Virus record (IMG/VR): IMGVR_UViG_3300020048_006428
Coordinates: 55,178-119,177 of that record
From: a virus
Lineage: Duplodnaviria; Heunggongvirae; Uroviricota; Caudoviricetes
Direction: 5' to 3' (one strand)
DNA length: 64,000 nucleotides
Part shown: positions 19,430 to 30,155 of the stretch, one piece after another
Numbering within the stretch: the stretch's first letter is position 1
How the letters are laid out: every line of letters starts with the position of its first letter
Notes under the pieces: model-generated
Databases searched by the model: none
What the model saw: only the letters and a program-made list of their open reading frames with translations
Told to the model about the DNA's origin: nothing
Made by a program: the position numbers and the translations under genes

Positions 19430-20404
19430 TTAAAATAATTCTTTTATTTTACCTATTACTGTTAATCCTAATATTATTGGATCAGTATCTGTTTCTAATA
19501 ACTTTTTGTGTTCTGTTATTATGCTTGCTACTTTAAATAAATTTTCTACATTTTCTTTTTTCTCAATAGAAAAATCTATAAATGGTCTTCCTAATAAATC
19601 AATCATTTCGCCTATATTATCACCACCAAAATTATCCATTAGGAAATGATATATTTCTTCAAATGTTTTCTTTTTATCAAAAACACAATTAAATAATTCA
19701 TTTTTTAATTTAATATCAACTGTTTTAGTTGAATTGTTTAAATCACCTGTTTGTTTAAAATGTTCTAATTCAATAAGAATTGCCCTAAAATCAGGAAATT
19801 TCTTATTTATTATATTTATGACATTTTCTTTTGGTATTTCTATATTTTCAACTGGACAAATTTTATTTATTATCTTTTTGGCAATTTCTGTTTTTAAATA
19901 CTTTTCTTCATCAATAGATAAGCAATCAAAATTTACTTCTGTTAATCTTGATCTTATACCATCTTCTACATCATTAATATGATTAGTTGTTAATATAAAT
20001 CTTACATTTTTCTTTGAGTATTCTTCTATATATGCTTTTAGTCCATCTTGATAATTTTTTGATGTTCTTTCAAATTCATCCAAAAATACATATTTCATAG
20101 TATCTTTTGATACATCAACATTTAAATCAAGACCCATATAAACCTTAGAACAGAAATCATCAATTTTTGTTCTAAGTACATCTATTGATGTGTGAAAAGA
20201 GCTATTTATTTCTAAATATGGTGCATTCTTTAGATATTTTCCTATTAATATTCTGGCTAATGTGGTTTTGCCTGTTCCAAAATTTCCATAAAGTATAACA
20301 TTTTGTGTTAAACCATTTTCAAATATTTTCTTGATTCTTGGCAATAGTATTACGTCCTCTAAGTTTTTAGGTCGCCATCTTTCTGTTAGTAGTAGTTGTT
20401 TCAT
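19430..20404 (-). CDS. Sliding-clamp loader large subunit (T4 gp44/RFC-like AAA+)
   Basis: ERWRP, Walker A GNFGTGKTT, INSS, Walker B LDEFE, IRSR, FPDFR. Confidence 0.9.
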   Translation of the reverse strand: MKQLLLTERWRPKNLEDVILLPRIKKIFENGLTQNVILYGNFGTGKTTLARILIGKYLKNAPYLEINSSFHTSIDVLRTKIDDFCSKVYMGLDLNVDVSKDTMKYVFLDEFERTSKNYQDGLKAYIEEYSKKNVRFILTTNHINDVEDGIRSRLTEVNFDCLSIDEEKYLKTEIAKKIINKICPVENIEIPKENVINIINKKFPDFRAILIELEHFKQTGDLNNSTKTVDIKLKNELFNCVFDKKKTFEEIYHFLMDNFGGDNIGEMIDLLGRPFIDFSIEKKENVENLFKVASIITEHKKLLETDTDPIILGLTVIGKIKELF

Positions 20405-20553
20405 ATAAATTATAATAAGTATTAATCAAAAAGTTCATCTAATTTTTTGATTTTAATTTTTTATAGATGTTTGTTTAAAAAAATTTAGATTTTATATATA
20501 GATTTAATAAAAGCGAAGTGAAAAATAATATATAGATAAATTATATTTTAATA

Positions 20554-21357
20554 ATGATAGGTGAAAAATTTAATATGAACGATGTTTTCTTTAGGGATTT
20601 AACAGTTTGTTTGTTAGATACTTTAGAGGGCGAAATAAGATGGGTTAATAGATTTTCATCTGGTGATAGAGAAGTAAATGTTCCTTTCTACTATTCTATG
20701 ACAGGTGATGAAAGATTTTTGATGGATTCGTTCAGTGATGATATTGTTTCAAATAATAGATTTGTTGAAGTTAATACAGATATGATACCAAGAGGTCATT
20801 TGACTATGACTGGTTTTGATATAAGATCAGATGAATTTGCAAATCCAAATGTTTGGTTGAAAATGGTTATTGAAAATAAGGAAGAAATAAGAAAAATTTT
20901 AACAAAAATTAGAGCAATTCCAATAACAGCAAAATATGATTTAGTTATATTACTATCATCGGAAATAGATATTTTTAAATGTAGTCAAGCAATAATGAAT
21001 ACTATATGGTTATATAGATTTATGTATTTTGAATATAATTTTATGAATATAGATGCTGTTATGTTAGTTCCTGATAGTAATAGTGTTGAAATAAACAGAG
21101 AGATAAGTTTAACATCAGAAAATACAATAAAATTAACATTATCTTTTGAAGTTCAAACTTATTATCCAGCGTTCAGACAACCAAGATTTGATGATTCATT
21201 AACACCAGATGATAAAAATACAACTTGGGCAAATGCATATAATTCAAATACCTATGCAATTGATCCAAATTCACCAGATGTAATAGTTTATCCAAGGAAA
21301 ACTAAATGGTATAATAATATATTGGAAGCCAGGGAAAGAAATGCAACAAATGATTAA
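20554..21357 (+). CDS. Tail sheath stabiliser/terminator-like structural protein (T4 gp15-like)
   Basis: VPFYY, PR..L, P..A.Y.L, L.FEVQTY.P pattern; late-type promoter. Confidence 0.55.
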   Translation: MIGEKFNMNDVFFRDLTVCLLDTLEGEIRWVNRFSSGDREVNVPFYYSMTGDERFLMDSFSDDIVSNNRFVEVNTDMIPRGHLTMTGFDIRSDEFANPNVWLKMVIENKEEIRKILTKIRAIPITAKYDLVILLSSEIDIFKCSQAIMNTIWLYRFMYFEYNFMNIDAVMLVPDSNSVEINREISLTSENTIKLTLSFEVQTYYPAFRQPRFDDSLTPDDKNTTWANAYNSNTYAIDPNSPDVIVYPRKTKWYNNILEARERNATND

Positions 21358-21427
21358 TATCAAAAAGTGAAAAAAATGACTTTTTGTATATAATATATAC
21401 ATTAAAGAAAATAAAAATAATAATTAT

Positions 21428-22711
21428 ATGAAGGATATTAAATTAGAGTTATTCAACTTTAGAAAACAACTATCTATTGATCAAGACGAAGTTTCTACAA
21501 TTATTGAAGGACATATAAATGTTTGTAATGATTTGTCAGGAAAGACAATTATAAAGTCTTTGAACGAAAAATTAAAAATTTATACTTTTGATAAAGAAAT
21601 TAAGGGCTTTTTAGAAAACTTAAATAGCGATTTGTCTAAATATGAATTGTTATATGAATTAAAACATTTATATAATGTTTTAAATTCTAAAAATCAAGGT
21701 GAACTTTATAGACAGCCAATTAATGTCTTATTACAAACTATTAATTTAGATGGTGATCAAGATAGAATGTCTAAAATATTAAATGAATTGGCTATTTATG
21801 ATTGGGTTCCCGAAATTAAATTATTTTGTTATAATTTAACAAAATCACCTGTTCAAAAACAAAATCTTTTATCAGGCGGTAAATCTGATTCAGTTTATAC
21901 AATCGTTGAACAAGTTGAAGCTGGATATTTATGTCATATTAAGGATTCTTGGTTCTTATTATCTGAAAATAATATTGAAAAGACATTACTTGAAACACAT
22001 GTTACAGATGATACTAAACTAAGATCTATAAGAATGTTAGAAACTGGTTTGAGATATGCTAACATTAATAATAATAGAATTGATTTTAGAATATCTGAAA
22101 ATCTAATAATTGGATTAGCTGTTAATAAAAAAGGCATCATTTATATAAACGATGATGAAATGAATAAAGAAACTACATTAGAAAGTTTATTTAGTTCCCC
22201 AATTATTCCAATTGTAAATAAGAATTTCTTCCCAATATTATTAGAAACATCTAATAATTTAAATAAATTTGTTGAATTGGATGTTGTTAGAAAAGTAACT
22301 AATTTAATTAATCCGTTCCTTGAAACTTATGCATTCAATTATAAAAATTCAAACTATGTTTATAGATGTGATGAAAGATTCGGTACTAATTTTTTCAGAT
22401 ATGAATCAGCACTTGAATTAGTCAATGAAACTAAAAATGAATTGAATTATGATTTAACTTTCTTTTTTGAAAATAAATTAAGTAAAGAATTAATTTCTAA
22501 ACGTAAATTAGAAGATAAAGAAAGAGAAATAACATTGAAATTAGAAGATGTTAGTTTTAATATTGATAAAGTTAAACATTCAATAAAATATATAGGTGAA
22601 TCTAAAACATTATCAATTGCTTTGGAAAATCTAAACAAAAGAAAATCAAATTTAGATTCCGAACTTCTAATTATTAAAGAACTCCAATATAAGGAAAGAA
22701 TTAGAAAATAA
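21428..22711 (+). CDS. Hypothetical late protein, probably virion or prohead-associated
   Basis: Late-type promoter; many L/I-x-E motifs; C-terminal coiled coil. Confidence 0.55.
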   Translation: MKDIKLELFNFRKQLSIDQDEVSTIIEGHINVCNDLSGKTIIKSLNEKLKIYTFDKEIKGFLENLNSDLSKYELLYELKHLYNVLNSKNQGELYRQPINVLLQTINLDGDQDRMSKILNELAIYDWVPEIKLFCYNLTKSPVQKQNLLSGGKSDSVYTIVEQVEAGYLCHIKDSWFLLSENNIEKTLLETHVTDDTKLRSIRMLETGLRYANINNNRIDFRISENLIIGLAVNKKGIIYINDDEMNKETTLESLFSSPIIPIVNKNFFPILLETSNNLNKFVELDVVRKVTNLINPFLETYAFNYKNSNYVYRCDERFGTNFFRYESALELVNETKNELNYDLTFFFENKLSKELISKRKLEDKEREITLKLEDVSFNIDKVKHSIKYIGESKTLSIALENLNKRKSNLDSELLIIKELQYKERIRK

Positions 22712-22794
22712 AAAATATAGAAAATCCAAAATCATTTGATTTTGGATTTTTTTTCTTTAATATATAAGTATATAAAAAATAGAAGGATATATTT

Positions 22795-23442
22795 ATGAAA
22801 TACTTAAAATTATTTGAAAACTTTAATCAATCAGAAATTGATGATATTTGTGAAAAATACAACATTAAAAACTATACCATAAATCCAGATGGATCTATTG
22901 ATGTAGATGGTAATGTTGAGTTATCTTATAGAAATTTAACTAAATTACCAATTAAATTCAATAAAATAACTGGTCATTTTAATTTATTTAGTAATAATTT
23001 AAACAACTTAGAAGGTTGTCCAAATTATGTTGGTGGTGAGTTTGATTGTAGATATAATAAATTAACTAATTTAATAGAAAGTCCTAATTATGTTGGTGGT
23101 AAATTTAATTGTTCTTTTAATCAATTAACCAATTTAGAAGGTTGTCCTAACCATATTGGTGAATGTTTTAATTTTTCTTCTAATCAATTGACTAGTTTAG
23201 ATGGGTGTCTTAATGTTGGCAATTATTTTAATTATTATTATACAACAAATCCAATATCACCAATAGTAGATTTATTTAATAGTATTAAGATATATTTAGA
23301 TTATCAAGAAACATATAATTTTCTAAGATCTGATTCTAAAATTGTTAAACATCTTTTAGAAGAAGCTATAAAAGATTATAATGAATATTATAATAAAAAA
23401 GTAGAATTACCGGAAGAAATAAAAGAATATACTTACATATGA
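22795..23442 (+). CDS. LRR-like paralog family protein
   Basis: MKYLKLFENFNQSE, NYTINPDGSIDVDG, four 22-aa repeats, YQETYNFLR...YTYI. Confidence 0.78.
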   Translation: MKYLKLFENFNQSEIDDICEKYNIKNYTINPDGSIDVDGNVELSYRNLTKLPIKFNKITGHFNLFSNNLNNLEGCPNYVGGEFDCRYNKLTNLIESPNYVGGKFNCSFNQLTNLEGCPNHIGECFNFSSNQLTSLDGCLNVGNYFNYYYTTNPISPIVDLFNSIKIYLDYQETYNFLRSDSKIVKHLLEEAIKDYNEYYNKKVELPEEIKEYTYI

Positions 23443-23990
23443 AATACTTAAAATTATTTGAAAATTTTGATCAATCAGAAATTGATAAAATTTGTAAAAA
23501 ATATAACATAAAAAACTATACCATAAATCCAGATGGTTCTATTGATGTTGATGGTCATGTTTGGTTGGTTAATAAGGATTTAACCAAACTACCACTTAAA
23601 TTTAATAGAATTTCTATGGCTTTTAATTGTTCTGGTAATAGACTAACCAGTTTAGAAGGTGTGCCTAAAGAAGTTGGTGGGTTATTTGATTGTTCTGATA
23701 ATAATTTAACCAGTTTAGAAGGTTGTCCTAACTATGTTGGTGGTAGTTTTGATTATTCTTATAACCCAATATCTATAATAATAGATTTATTTAATATCGA
23801 TGGTGATTATTATTCAGTTAATAATTATTTAGATTACCAAGAAACATATAATTTTTTAAGAAAAGATGGTAAAATTGTTAAACACTTATTGGAAGAGGCA
23901 TTAAAAGATTTTAATGAATATTATCATAAAAATGTAAAATTTCCAAATGAAATAGAAGAAATAGAATCATTTGGATATACTTATATTTAA
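23439..23990 (+). CDS. LRR-like paralog family protein
   Basis: Tandem paralog of 22795 with fewer repeats. Confidence 0.78.
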   Translation: MKYLKLFENFDQSEIDKICKKYNIKNYTINPDGSIDVDGHVWLVNKDLTKLPLKFNRISMAFNCSGNRLTSLEGVPKEVGGLFDCSDNNLTSLEGCPNYVGGSFDYSYNPISIIIDLFNIDGDYYSVNNYLDYQETYNFLRKDGKIVKHLLEEALKDFNEYYHKNVKFPNEIEEIESFGYTYI

Positions 23991-23994
23991 AAAA

Positions 23995-24022
23995 TAAACA
24001 ATTTGTATAATAAATGTATAAT
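23995..24022 (+). promoter_or_regulatory. Putative class-II promoter TAAAC-N17-TATAAT
   Basis: taaac aatttgtataataaatg tataat upstream of the late sigma gene. Confidence 0.6.
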
Positions 24023-24090
24023 ATCTGAAAGCATTTTCAGATATTTCTGATTTTGGAAAGACATACGTCTTAGAAAAAAAATATGCTTAT

Positions 24091-24456
24091 ATGTATTTAC
24101 ACAATAAAGATTTATTTATAGAAATAATTGTCAGTAAGGCAAAAGGTAAACTTACTAATCCTGCAAAATTAATGTTGGAAATTCTTGCTAAAAGAACTAT
24201 TAAAAAAATGAGATATTATAATGATGATGATAGAAAAGATTGCTATCAATCAGGATTATTAGATATGTTTTCTAATTGGCACAATTTTAATGAAGAAAAA
24301 TCTGATAACGCTTTTGCTTATTTTACAGAAATTTTCAAACGTGGATTAGCAAAAGGTTTTAACGAGATTTACAAGAAAAAAGGTGATGCGGATCATCAAA
24401 TAAGATTAATATCCATTGAAAGTTCAAATGATGGAATGGGTTTACATTCAATTTAA
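24091..24456 (+). CDS. Late-transcription sigma factor, T4 gp55-like (compact)
   Basis: Y..NKDL, D.Y.SG...NF.EEKS.NAFAYFT.I resembles gp55 region 2. Confidence 0.75.
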   Translation: MYLHNKDLFIEIIVSKAKGKLTNPAKLMLEILAKRTIKKMRYYNDDDRKDCYQSGLLDMFSNWHNFNEEKSDNAFAYFTEIFKRGLAKGFNEIYKKKGDADHQIRLISIESSNDGMGLHSI

Positions 24457-24489
24457 TTATATAAAAATATTTTATAACTTTTTTAAATC

Positions 24490-25998
24490 ATGATTAAGGA
24501 ACAATTTATAGAAATAAAGGGACATAGAACCAATTTTGATTATTTTGTAAAGTTAGGTTATCCTATACAATATAAAAGACCAATATTGGTTAAAGTTGTT
24601 GATTTAATGTCGGGTTCTACTTGTGCTATTACATCAGTGTGTGATAATTGTAATAAAGAAAAGAAAACTGCATTTAGGGATTATTATGAATATACTTATG
24701 GATTAAAAGAAAAATATTATTGTAATAAATGTAATAATATTAAAAGAAAAGAAACTTGTATTGAAAAATATGGAGTTGATAATCCGATGCAAGTTGATGA
24801 TATTAAAAATAAATTAAAGGATTCTTTACTCGATAAGTATGGTGTTAATCATTATTCAAAGACTGATGAATATAAAGAAAAATATAAAGAAACTTGTATT
24901 GAAAAATATGGGGTTGACAATGCTTCTAAATATCAAGATGTAAAAGAACTTATTTCTGATATTAAATTAAAATATCACAATAGTTTGGATAAATATAAAG
25001 AACTTATTTCTGATGAATATGATATTATTGAATATAATAAGGATAGAAATTTTACTATAAGTCATAAAAGATGTTCTTCAAATTTTGATATATTTATTGT
25101 TACATTATCAGATAGAATAAAAAACAAAAACATAATTTGTACTAATTGTAATCCAATTGATAATTTTAATTCAAGTTCTGAAATAGAATTAAAATTATTT
25201 TTAAAAGATTGTGGGGTAGATTTCATTGAAAATTCTTATAAAATTATTCCGCCATTATCATTGGATATATTTATACCAGATCTTAACTTAGCTATTGAAT
25301 TTAATGGTGTATATTGGCATTCTGAAATTTACAAAGATAAAAAGTATCATTATAATAAAACGATAAGTTGTAATAAATTAGGAATTGAATTAATACATAT
25401 ATGGGAAGATGATTGGAACAATAAACAAGAAATTGTTAAATCAATCTTACTGAATAAGATTAAAAAGTCAAAAAGTATTTATGCAAGAAATTGTATATTA
25501 AAAGAAGTTGAAGATGTAAAACTTATTAAGAATTTCTTGGATAAAAATCATATACAAGGATATGTAAATTCATCAATAAAAATTGGTTTATTTTATAAAG
25601 ATGAATTGGTTAGTTTGATGTGTTTTGGAAAGAAAAAGAAAAATATGGAATTAGTTAGATTCTGTAATATATTAGGATTTAATATAGTAGGTGCTGCTTC
25701 TAAATTATTTAAATACTTTATTAAGAATTATAATTTCAATTATATAGAATCGTTTAGTGATAATGCGATGTTTAATGGTAATTTATATACCAATTTAGGA
25801 TTTAAATTTGTCTATAATACACCAATAAATTATTGGTGGGTTGTTGGAAGCATTAGAAAACACAGATTCAATTTTAATAAAAAAACATTAGTTAAAAATG
25901 GTTTTGATGAAAATAAGAGCGAAAGTGAAATAATGAATGAACGTGGATATTATAGAATATGGGGGTGTGGATTAAAAAAATGGGTATACTTAAAATAA
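24490..25998 (+). CDS. Hef-like mobile nuclease: Zn/KYGV repeats + Vsr-like nuclease + GNAT(Mom)-like domain
   Basis: EKYGV repeats; LDIFIP..LAIEFNGVYWH...IWEDDW; HIQG...ELVRF...GAASKL...S.SD...G..Y..LGF. Confidence 0.72.
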   Translation: MIKEQFIEIKGHRTNFDYFVKLGYPIQYKRPILVKVVDLMSGSTCAITSVCDNCNKEKKTAFRDYYEYTYGLKEKYYCNKCNNIKRKETCIEKYGVDNPMQVDDIKNKLKDSLLDKYGVNHYSKTDEYKEKYKETCIEKYGVDNASKYQDVKELISDIKLKYHNSLDKYKELISDEYDIIEYNKDRNFTISHKRCSSNFDIFIVTLSDRIKNKNIICTNCNPIDNFNSSSEIELKLFLKDCGVDFIENSYKIIPPLSLDIFIPDLNLAIEFNGVYWHSEIYKDKKYHYNKTISCNKLGIELIHIWEDDWNNKQEIVKSILLNKIKKSKSIYARNCILKEVEDVKLIKNFLDKNHIQGYVNSSIKIGLFYKDELVSLMCFGKKKKNMELVRFCNILGFNIVGAASKLFKYFIKNYNFNYIESFSDNAMFNGNLYTNLGFKFVYNTPINYWWVVGSIRKHRFNFNKKTLVKNGFDENKSESEIMNERGYYRIWGCGLKKWVYLK

Positions 25999-26148
25999 GT
26001 ATATATTTTTCTAAATTACCTAGCTACATAGATACATATTTAAATAGGTTAAAGGAAATGGCAAAGGATATTGATATTAAAGGTGATATTACAATTGAAA
26101 AAATATAATTTCTTTTTAATATATACATAAAAATAAATAATTAATTAT

Positions 26149-26457
26149 ATGAAAAACGTAAGAAGATTTAATGAAGAATGGTCAGATGGTTATGATGATG
26201 ACCAAAAAAGATATGTTCCAGATGGGGTTTGGGATTTAGAAGACATTTTAGTATTTGAAGATGAAGATGAAATTTCAGAATATCCCGATTATGCTATTGC
26301 TGCACCATATGATACAGATGCAAGAATATATTTATCAAGAAAACCAACAAAAAGTGTAAATTTTACAGATTTTGCATTGAGTTTTGAAGGACATGGAACT
26401 TGTGCTATGATAGAAAACTGTCCTAAAAGAATTTTAATTTTGGGTGGAAATGATTAA
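26149..26457 (+). CDS. Hypothetical protein with MKNVRRFNE N-terminus
   Basis: Shared motif variant; late-type promoter. Confidence 0.65.
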   Translation: MKNVRRFNEEWSDGYDDDQKRYVPDGVWDLEDILVFEDEDEISEYPDYAIAAPYDTDARIYLSRKPTKSVNFTDFALSFEGHGTCAMIENCPKRILILGGND

Positions 26458-26511
26458 ACTTTTTTAAAATTACTAATACAAACCATATTAATAATTTTAA
26501 AAATATATAAT

Positions 26512-26817
26512 ATGAAAGCATTTATTCAATTTTGGGAAGAATCTGAACTAGGTTGTGGTGTTAGACCAGATGGTTGTTCACTTCATTTAGAAGAAATCCA
26601 TTATAAAAAATTTATAAAATCTGTATATTCAAAACGGGATAATGTAGTTCCAAATGAATATGATAGAATAAAAGGTGATTTATTAGAAGTTGAAATATCA
26701 AAAAGTCTTTTTGATGAATTGTTATTAAATGATGGTTCATTAAGATTACCACAACATTCAACCAATAATCTTATAAATTTTGGTGAAATAAAATTAGAAA
26801 ATGAATTAAATGATTAG
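26512..26817 (+). CDS. Hypothetical protein (WEESE.G.G.RPDG.SLH motif)
   Basis: Intact ORF. Confidence 0.65.
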   Translation: MKAFIQFWEESELGCGVRPDGCSLHLEEIHYKKFIKSVYSKRDNVVPNEYDRIKGDLLEVEISKSLFDELLLNDGSLRLPQHSTNNLINFGEIKLENELND

Positions 26818-27160
26818 TTTATTTTATATTAGTTCTATTTTATTCATATATGTTGAAATCTTTCAAATTATAAATAGAAATACCATATATAAAAGATTTA
26901 GTGATATATCAAATATATCACTAAATCCTTTTTTGCTTATATCATTTTATATTTTAAAGTTATACTACTTTATATGGATTCCAATTGGTTTACTAACCAA
27001 TAACTGGATTTATTTCGCAATTTTAATAGGTCTTGGTTTATTTAAATATCCAATCTTATTAACTAAGAATAATTTTTGTATAAATTTATATGATTTGATG
27101 AATACAATTATTAGTTGTGTTATATTGATTACTATCCTAGTAACTTTTCTGTTATTATAA
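26810..27160 (+). CDS. Small multi-pass membrane protein
   Basis: Four hydrophobic segments. Confidence 0.6.
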   Translation: MISLFYISSILFIYVEIFQIINRNTIYKRFSDISNISLNPFLLISFYILKLYYFIWIPIGLLTNNWIYFAILIGLGLFKYPILLTKNNFCINLYDLMNTIISCVILITILVTFLLL

Positions 27161-27635
27161 TAAATTCAAAATCCTTTCTTTGACAATAATCAATCATATA
27201 TGTCCATTTAGCTAAGTTTTTATTATACATTTTCAAAGCATATTCAAAATTCTTTAATTGTTTCGCAGTTGGTTTTGGATTTAATTTAGGTTCGACTGTT
27301 TCTGAATAAGGCTTTACTTCTGCTACTACTTTTGATACACTACCATCACTTCTTTTTAATTCATAATAAAAATCGGGATAATAAGTATGTGATGTAGTTT
27401 TATAGTCTTGTGTATCATTAGACCATTCAGTTTTTTGATAAGGGATCTTAAGTCCTTCGCTCATATATGAAGATATTTTATCACTATGATCTAACCACAA
27501 TAAAAATTTTTTTTCAAGTCCACTTCTGTAGAAAATCCCACCTTGTGAATTTAATTTAATTACTTTATCTTTATTTACTGGTATATAAAGTCCTTGGTGG
27601 TATTTAGTTGGTTGTCTTGGTGCTGAATTTAACAT
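27132..27635 (-). CDS. Head completion nuclease, T4 gp4-like (TnsA-type)
   Basis: YRSGLE, SE..KIPY, YYPDF, EVKP..ET, N.AKW, F.IITE. Confidence 0.85.
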   Translation of the reverse strand: MLNSAPRQPTKYHQGLYIPVNKDKVIKLNSQGGIFYRSGLEKKFLLWLDHSDKISSYMSEGLKIPYQKTEWSNDTQDYKTTSHTYYPDFYYELKRSDGSVSKVVAEVKPYSETVEPKLNPKPTAKQLKNFEYALKMYNKNLAKWTYMIDYCQRKDFEFIIITEKLLG

Positions 27636-27639
27636 TATA

Positions 27640-27673
27640 ATTTCCTTTTTTAATATATATTAAAAAAGGAAAT
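27640..27673. promoter_or_regulatory. Perfect 34-bp palindrome centred on the late-type TAATATATATTA, between divergent gp4 and gp2
   Basis: atttccttttttaatatatattaaaaaaggaaat equals its reverse complement. Confidence 0.65.
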
Positions 27674-27678
27674 CTTTT

Positions 27679-28368
27679 ATGTCAGAATTATTAGAAAGAG
27701 TTAAATTAAATGCATTAGTATATGGAAATGGTATAGCTGAAAATTTTAAAAATAATTCATTATATTTTTATAATAAATTTAGTCAATCAGATAAAGAAGT
27801 TACTTCTATTTCAGTAGGTCAAATGAAATTAGGTGGTTTTTATCATCTACATTATTTAGATGATTCTAATTGGATGAAATATTCACCAATATTTACTGTT
27901 GATTTTAAAAAATTAGAAAATTTAATAATAATAATTGGTGTTAATTTAAATTTTATACCAATAGAACTAAGAGTTGCCATTTTTGATAAATTCATAAAAG
28001 AAGATGATTTTGAAAATGATAGATTGTTAGCAGTTTCATTTGAAGGTGTATATAATGAATTATTGAAATATGGATTTGAATATTCAATTGTTGAATATAA
28101 TGCTGCACAAATAAAACTAGTTCATAAAATAAATATGGATAGTGTTCCGAGATTCATATATTCAGGTCATCCAAAAAATAAATATGATCCAAATAAATTA
28201 TATGAAATTTGGACTGCTAAATTAGGTGGTAGATCCAAAAGAGATTCGGAAATGAATAAATTATTAATGGATGATTTCACAAAAGCATCTGATGAAATAA
28301 GTGAAAATTTCAAAATGCTTAAAAACCACATTCAAAGAGTTAAGAAAAGTATAGATAAATATGGATAG
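27679..28368 (+). CDS. DNA end-protector protein, T4 gp2-like
   Basis: G.FY...Y, PIF, GVNLNFIP..LR (compare GLNLHYLP..R); divergent from gp4. Confidence 0.6.
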   Translation: MSELLERVKLNALVYGNGIAENFKNNSLYFYNKFSQSDKEVTSISVGQMKLGGFYHLHYLDDSNWMKYSPIFTVDFKKLENLIIIIGVNLNFIPIELRVAIFDKFIKEDDFENDRLLAVSFEGVYNELLKYGFEYSIVEYNAAQIKLVHKINMDSVPRFIYSGHPKNKYDPNKLYEIWTAKLGGRSKRDSEMNKLLMDDFTKASDEISENFKMLKNHIQRVKKSIDKYG

Positions 28369-28410
28369 GATTATATTTTTTTAATATATAAATAAAAATT
28401 AAAAAAAAAT

Positions 28411-30123
28411 ATGTCTTCATATAATCCATTAAATAATCAAGGTCAAAGTTCAGGTTATATATCATCCGCAATAGAAAATAAAGGTTTGTTCAATAGACTA
28501 CTTAGAAGCCTAAGTAGTTTTGGTATGAAATATGATGATATGATAATGCGAAATACTGTTGGTGTTGGTGTTAATGAAGATCCTTATGCTCAGAAAAATT
28601 CAATGTATGATTTTTTCAGTCAAAGGGCAGTTGCATCTGTTTTAAATAAAAAATCAATACCTTACTTAGATAGATCATATCCAGATAAAAGAAGAATATT
28701 AAGAGAATATTCAATTAAAGATGAGTTGAGGGATTTTATTTCTTCAATTGCTGATGAATGTATTATATACAATGATGAAAAGGATTTTTGCTCACCTAAA
28801 CCATTATCAAATGAATATGCACAAGATATAAAAGATAAATATCAAGAATATTTTGAAAAATTATATAATCGTTATGGATTTGGTGATAATATAACCGCTT
28901 GGAATATGATGAAAGATTTCTTAATTGATGGTTATGTTGCAATAGAAATAGTTTGGGATGATAAAAAGAAAAATATAGTTTATTTTAATAGATTAAGACC
29001 AGAAACATTAGTTCCTGCTTATGAACCTGCTATTGGTAATTTATGGTTGCAATATCCAGAAGACCCACAATTAAGAAGAATTTTCTTAGATTCGCAAATT
29101 GTATTTGTATCATATTCAACACAAAATGATTATAGCGAAACATCATATCTTGAAGGTCTTATTAAGCCTTATAACCAATTAAAGATATTGGAACAAACAA
29201 GAATAATGTTTAATATTATTAATGCAACTGTATATCAAAAATTTACAATTCCTATTAAAGGATTGCCAAGACAAAGGGCAGAAGAACAAATAGGTCAATT
29301 AATAGCCGATTATTCAGAAGAAATTGAATGGGATGATACATTGGGAACTGTTACAGTAAATGGTAGAAAACACCTACCATATAATAAACAAGTTTGGTTT
29401 CCTGAAGGTGATGCTGGAACACCTGCAATGGAACTTGTTTCACCAGAAGGTCATAATCTAAATGAAAGTGATATGCTAACTTGGTTCTTTAATATACTTA
29501 AAAGGGCTACTAAAATACCTTTTCAAAGATTTGATAAAGAAAGTGGCGGTGGTAATATTGTTAGTGATGCTGCTGAAATGACAAGGGATGAGGTTCAATT
29601 TCATAATTTTATAAATAGAATAAGAGCAAATTATAAAGAATTGATTGTTAAGCCATTGAAATTGCAAATGTGTATGGAATTTCCTGAACTTAAAGATGAT
29701 GAAATTTTCTTAAATCAAGTTGATATTGTTTTTAATTCAAATCAAATATTTGAAGAATGGAAAAAATTAGCTAATTTGGAAAAAAGATCTACTATATTAA
29801 GTACTTTATTAGGTATTCAAACAGCAGATGGACAACCATACTTTCATATTGATTATCTTATTGATAAAATAATGAAATTAACCCCAGAAGAAATAGAAGA
29901 AAATAAAGCATATTGGATAAAAGCTGCACAAGGCGGTGGTGCTGCTGAAGGTGCGCAAGGTGGTGAAATGGGTGGTGAAATGGGTGCTCAAGGTCAAGGA
30001 GCACAAATGGGCGCACAAACCGGAATGGAAACTGGCGCACAAGGTGGCGCACAAGGTGGCGCACAGACAGGAACAGAAACCCCACCTGCTGATGAAGGTG
30101 GTGGATCAGAATTTGAATTTTGA
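28411..30123 (+). CDS. Portal protein, T4 gp20-like
   Basis: IDG, SYLE.LIKPYNQLKILE, KGLP..RAE, W.PE...GT..E, KIPFQR, TRDEV.F..FI.R.R; Gly/Ala-rich acidic tail. Confidence 0.92.
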   Translation: MSSYNPLNNQGQSSGYISSAIENKGLFNRLLRSLSSFGMKYDDMIMRNTVGVGVNEDPYAQKNSMYDFFSQRAVASVLNKKSIPYLDRSYPDKRRILREYSIKDELRDFISSIADECIIYNDEKDFCSPKPLSNEYAQDIKDKYQEYFEKLYNRYGFGDNITAWNMMKDFLIDGYVAIEIVWDDKKKNIVYFNRLRPETLVPAYEPAIGNLWLQYPEDPQLRRIFLDSQIVFVSYSTQNDYSETSYLEGLIKPYNQLKILEQTRIMFNIINATVYQKFTIPIKGLPRQRAEEQIGQLIADYSEEIEWDDTLGTVTVNGRKHLPYNKQVWFPEGDAGTPAMELVSPEGHNLNESDMLTWFFNILKRATKIPFQRFDKESGGGNIVSDAAEMTRDEVQFHNFINRIRANYKELIVKPLKLQMCMEFPELKDDEIFLNQVDIVFNSNQIFEEWKKLANLEKRSTILSTLLGIQTADGQPYFHIDYLIDKIMKLTPEEIEENKAYWIKAAQGGGAAEGAQGGEMGGEMGAQGQGAQMGAQTGMETGAQGGAQGGAQTGTETPPADEGGGSEFEF

Positions 30124-30124
30124 T

Positions 30125-30155
30125 AAAATGGATCAAGCTAACTTGATCCATTTTT
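30125..30155. terminator. Intrinsic terminator after the portal gene
   Basis: aaaatggatcaag-ctaa-cttgatccattttt. Confidence 0.75.

Noticed and set aside
13908-23990. LRR paralogs as diversity-generating retroelement targets
   Set aside because: No reverse transcriptase in the window, and no near-identical template/variable repeat pair with adenine-specific differences was noticed.
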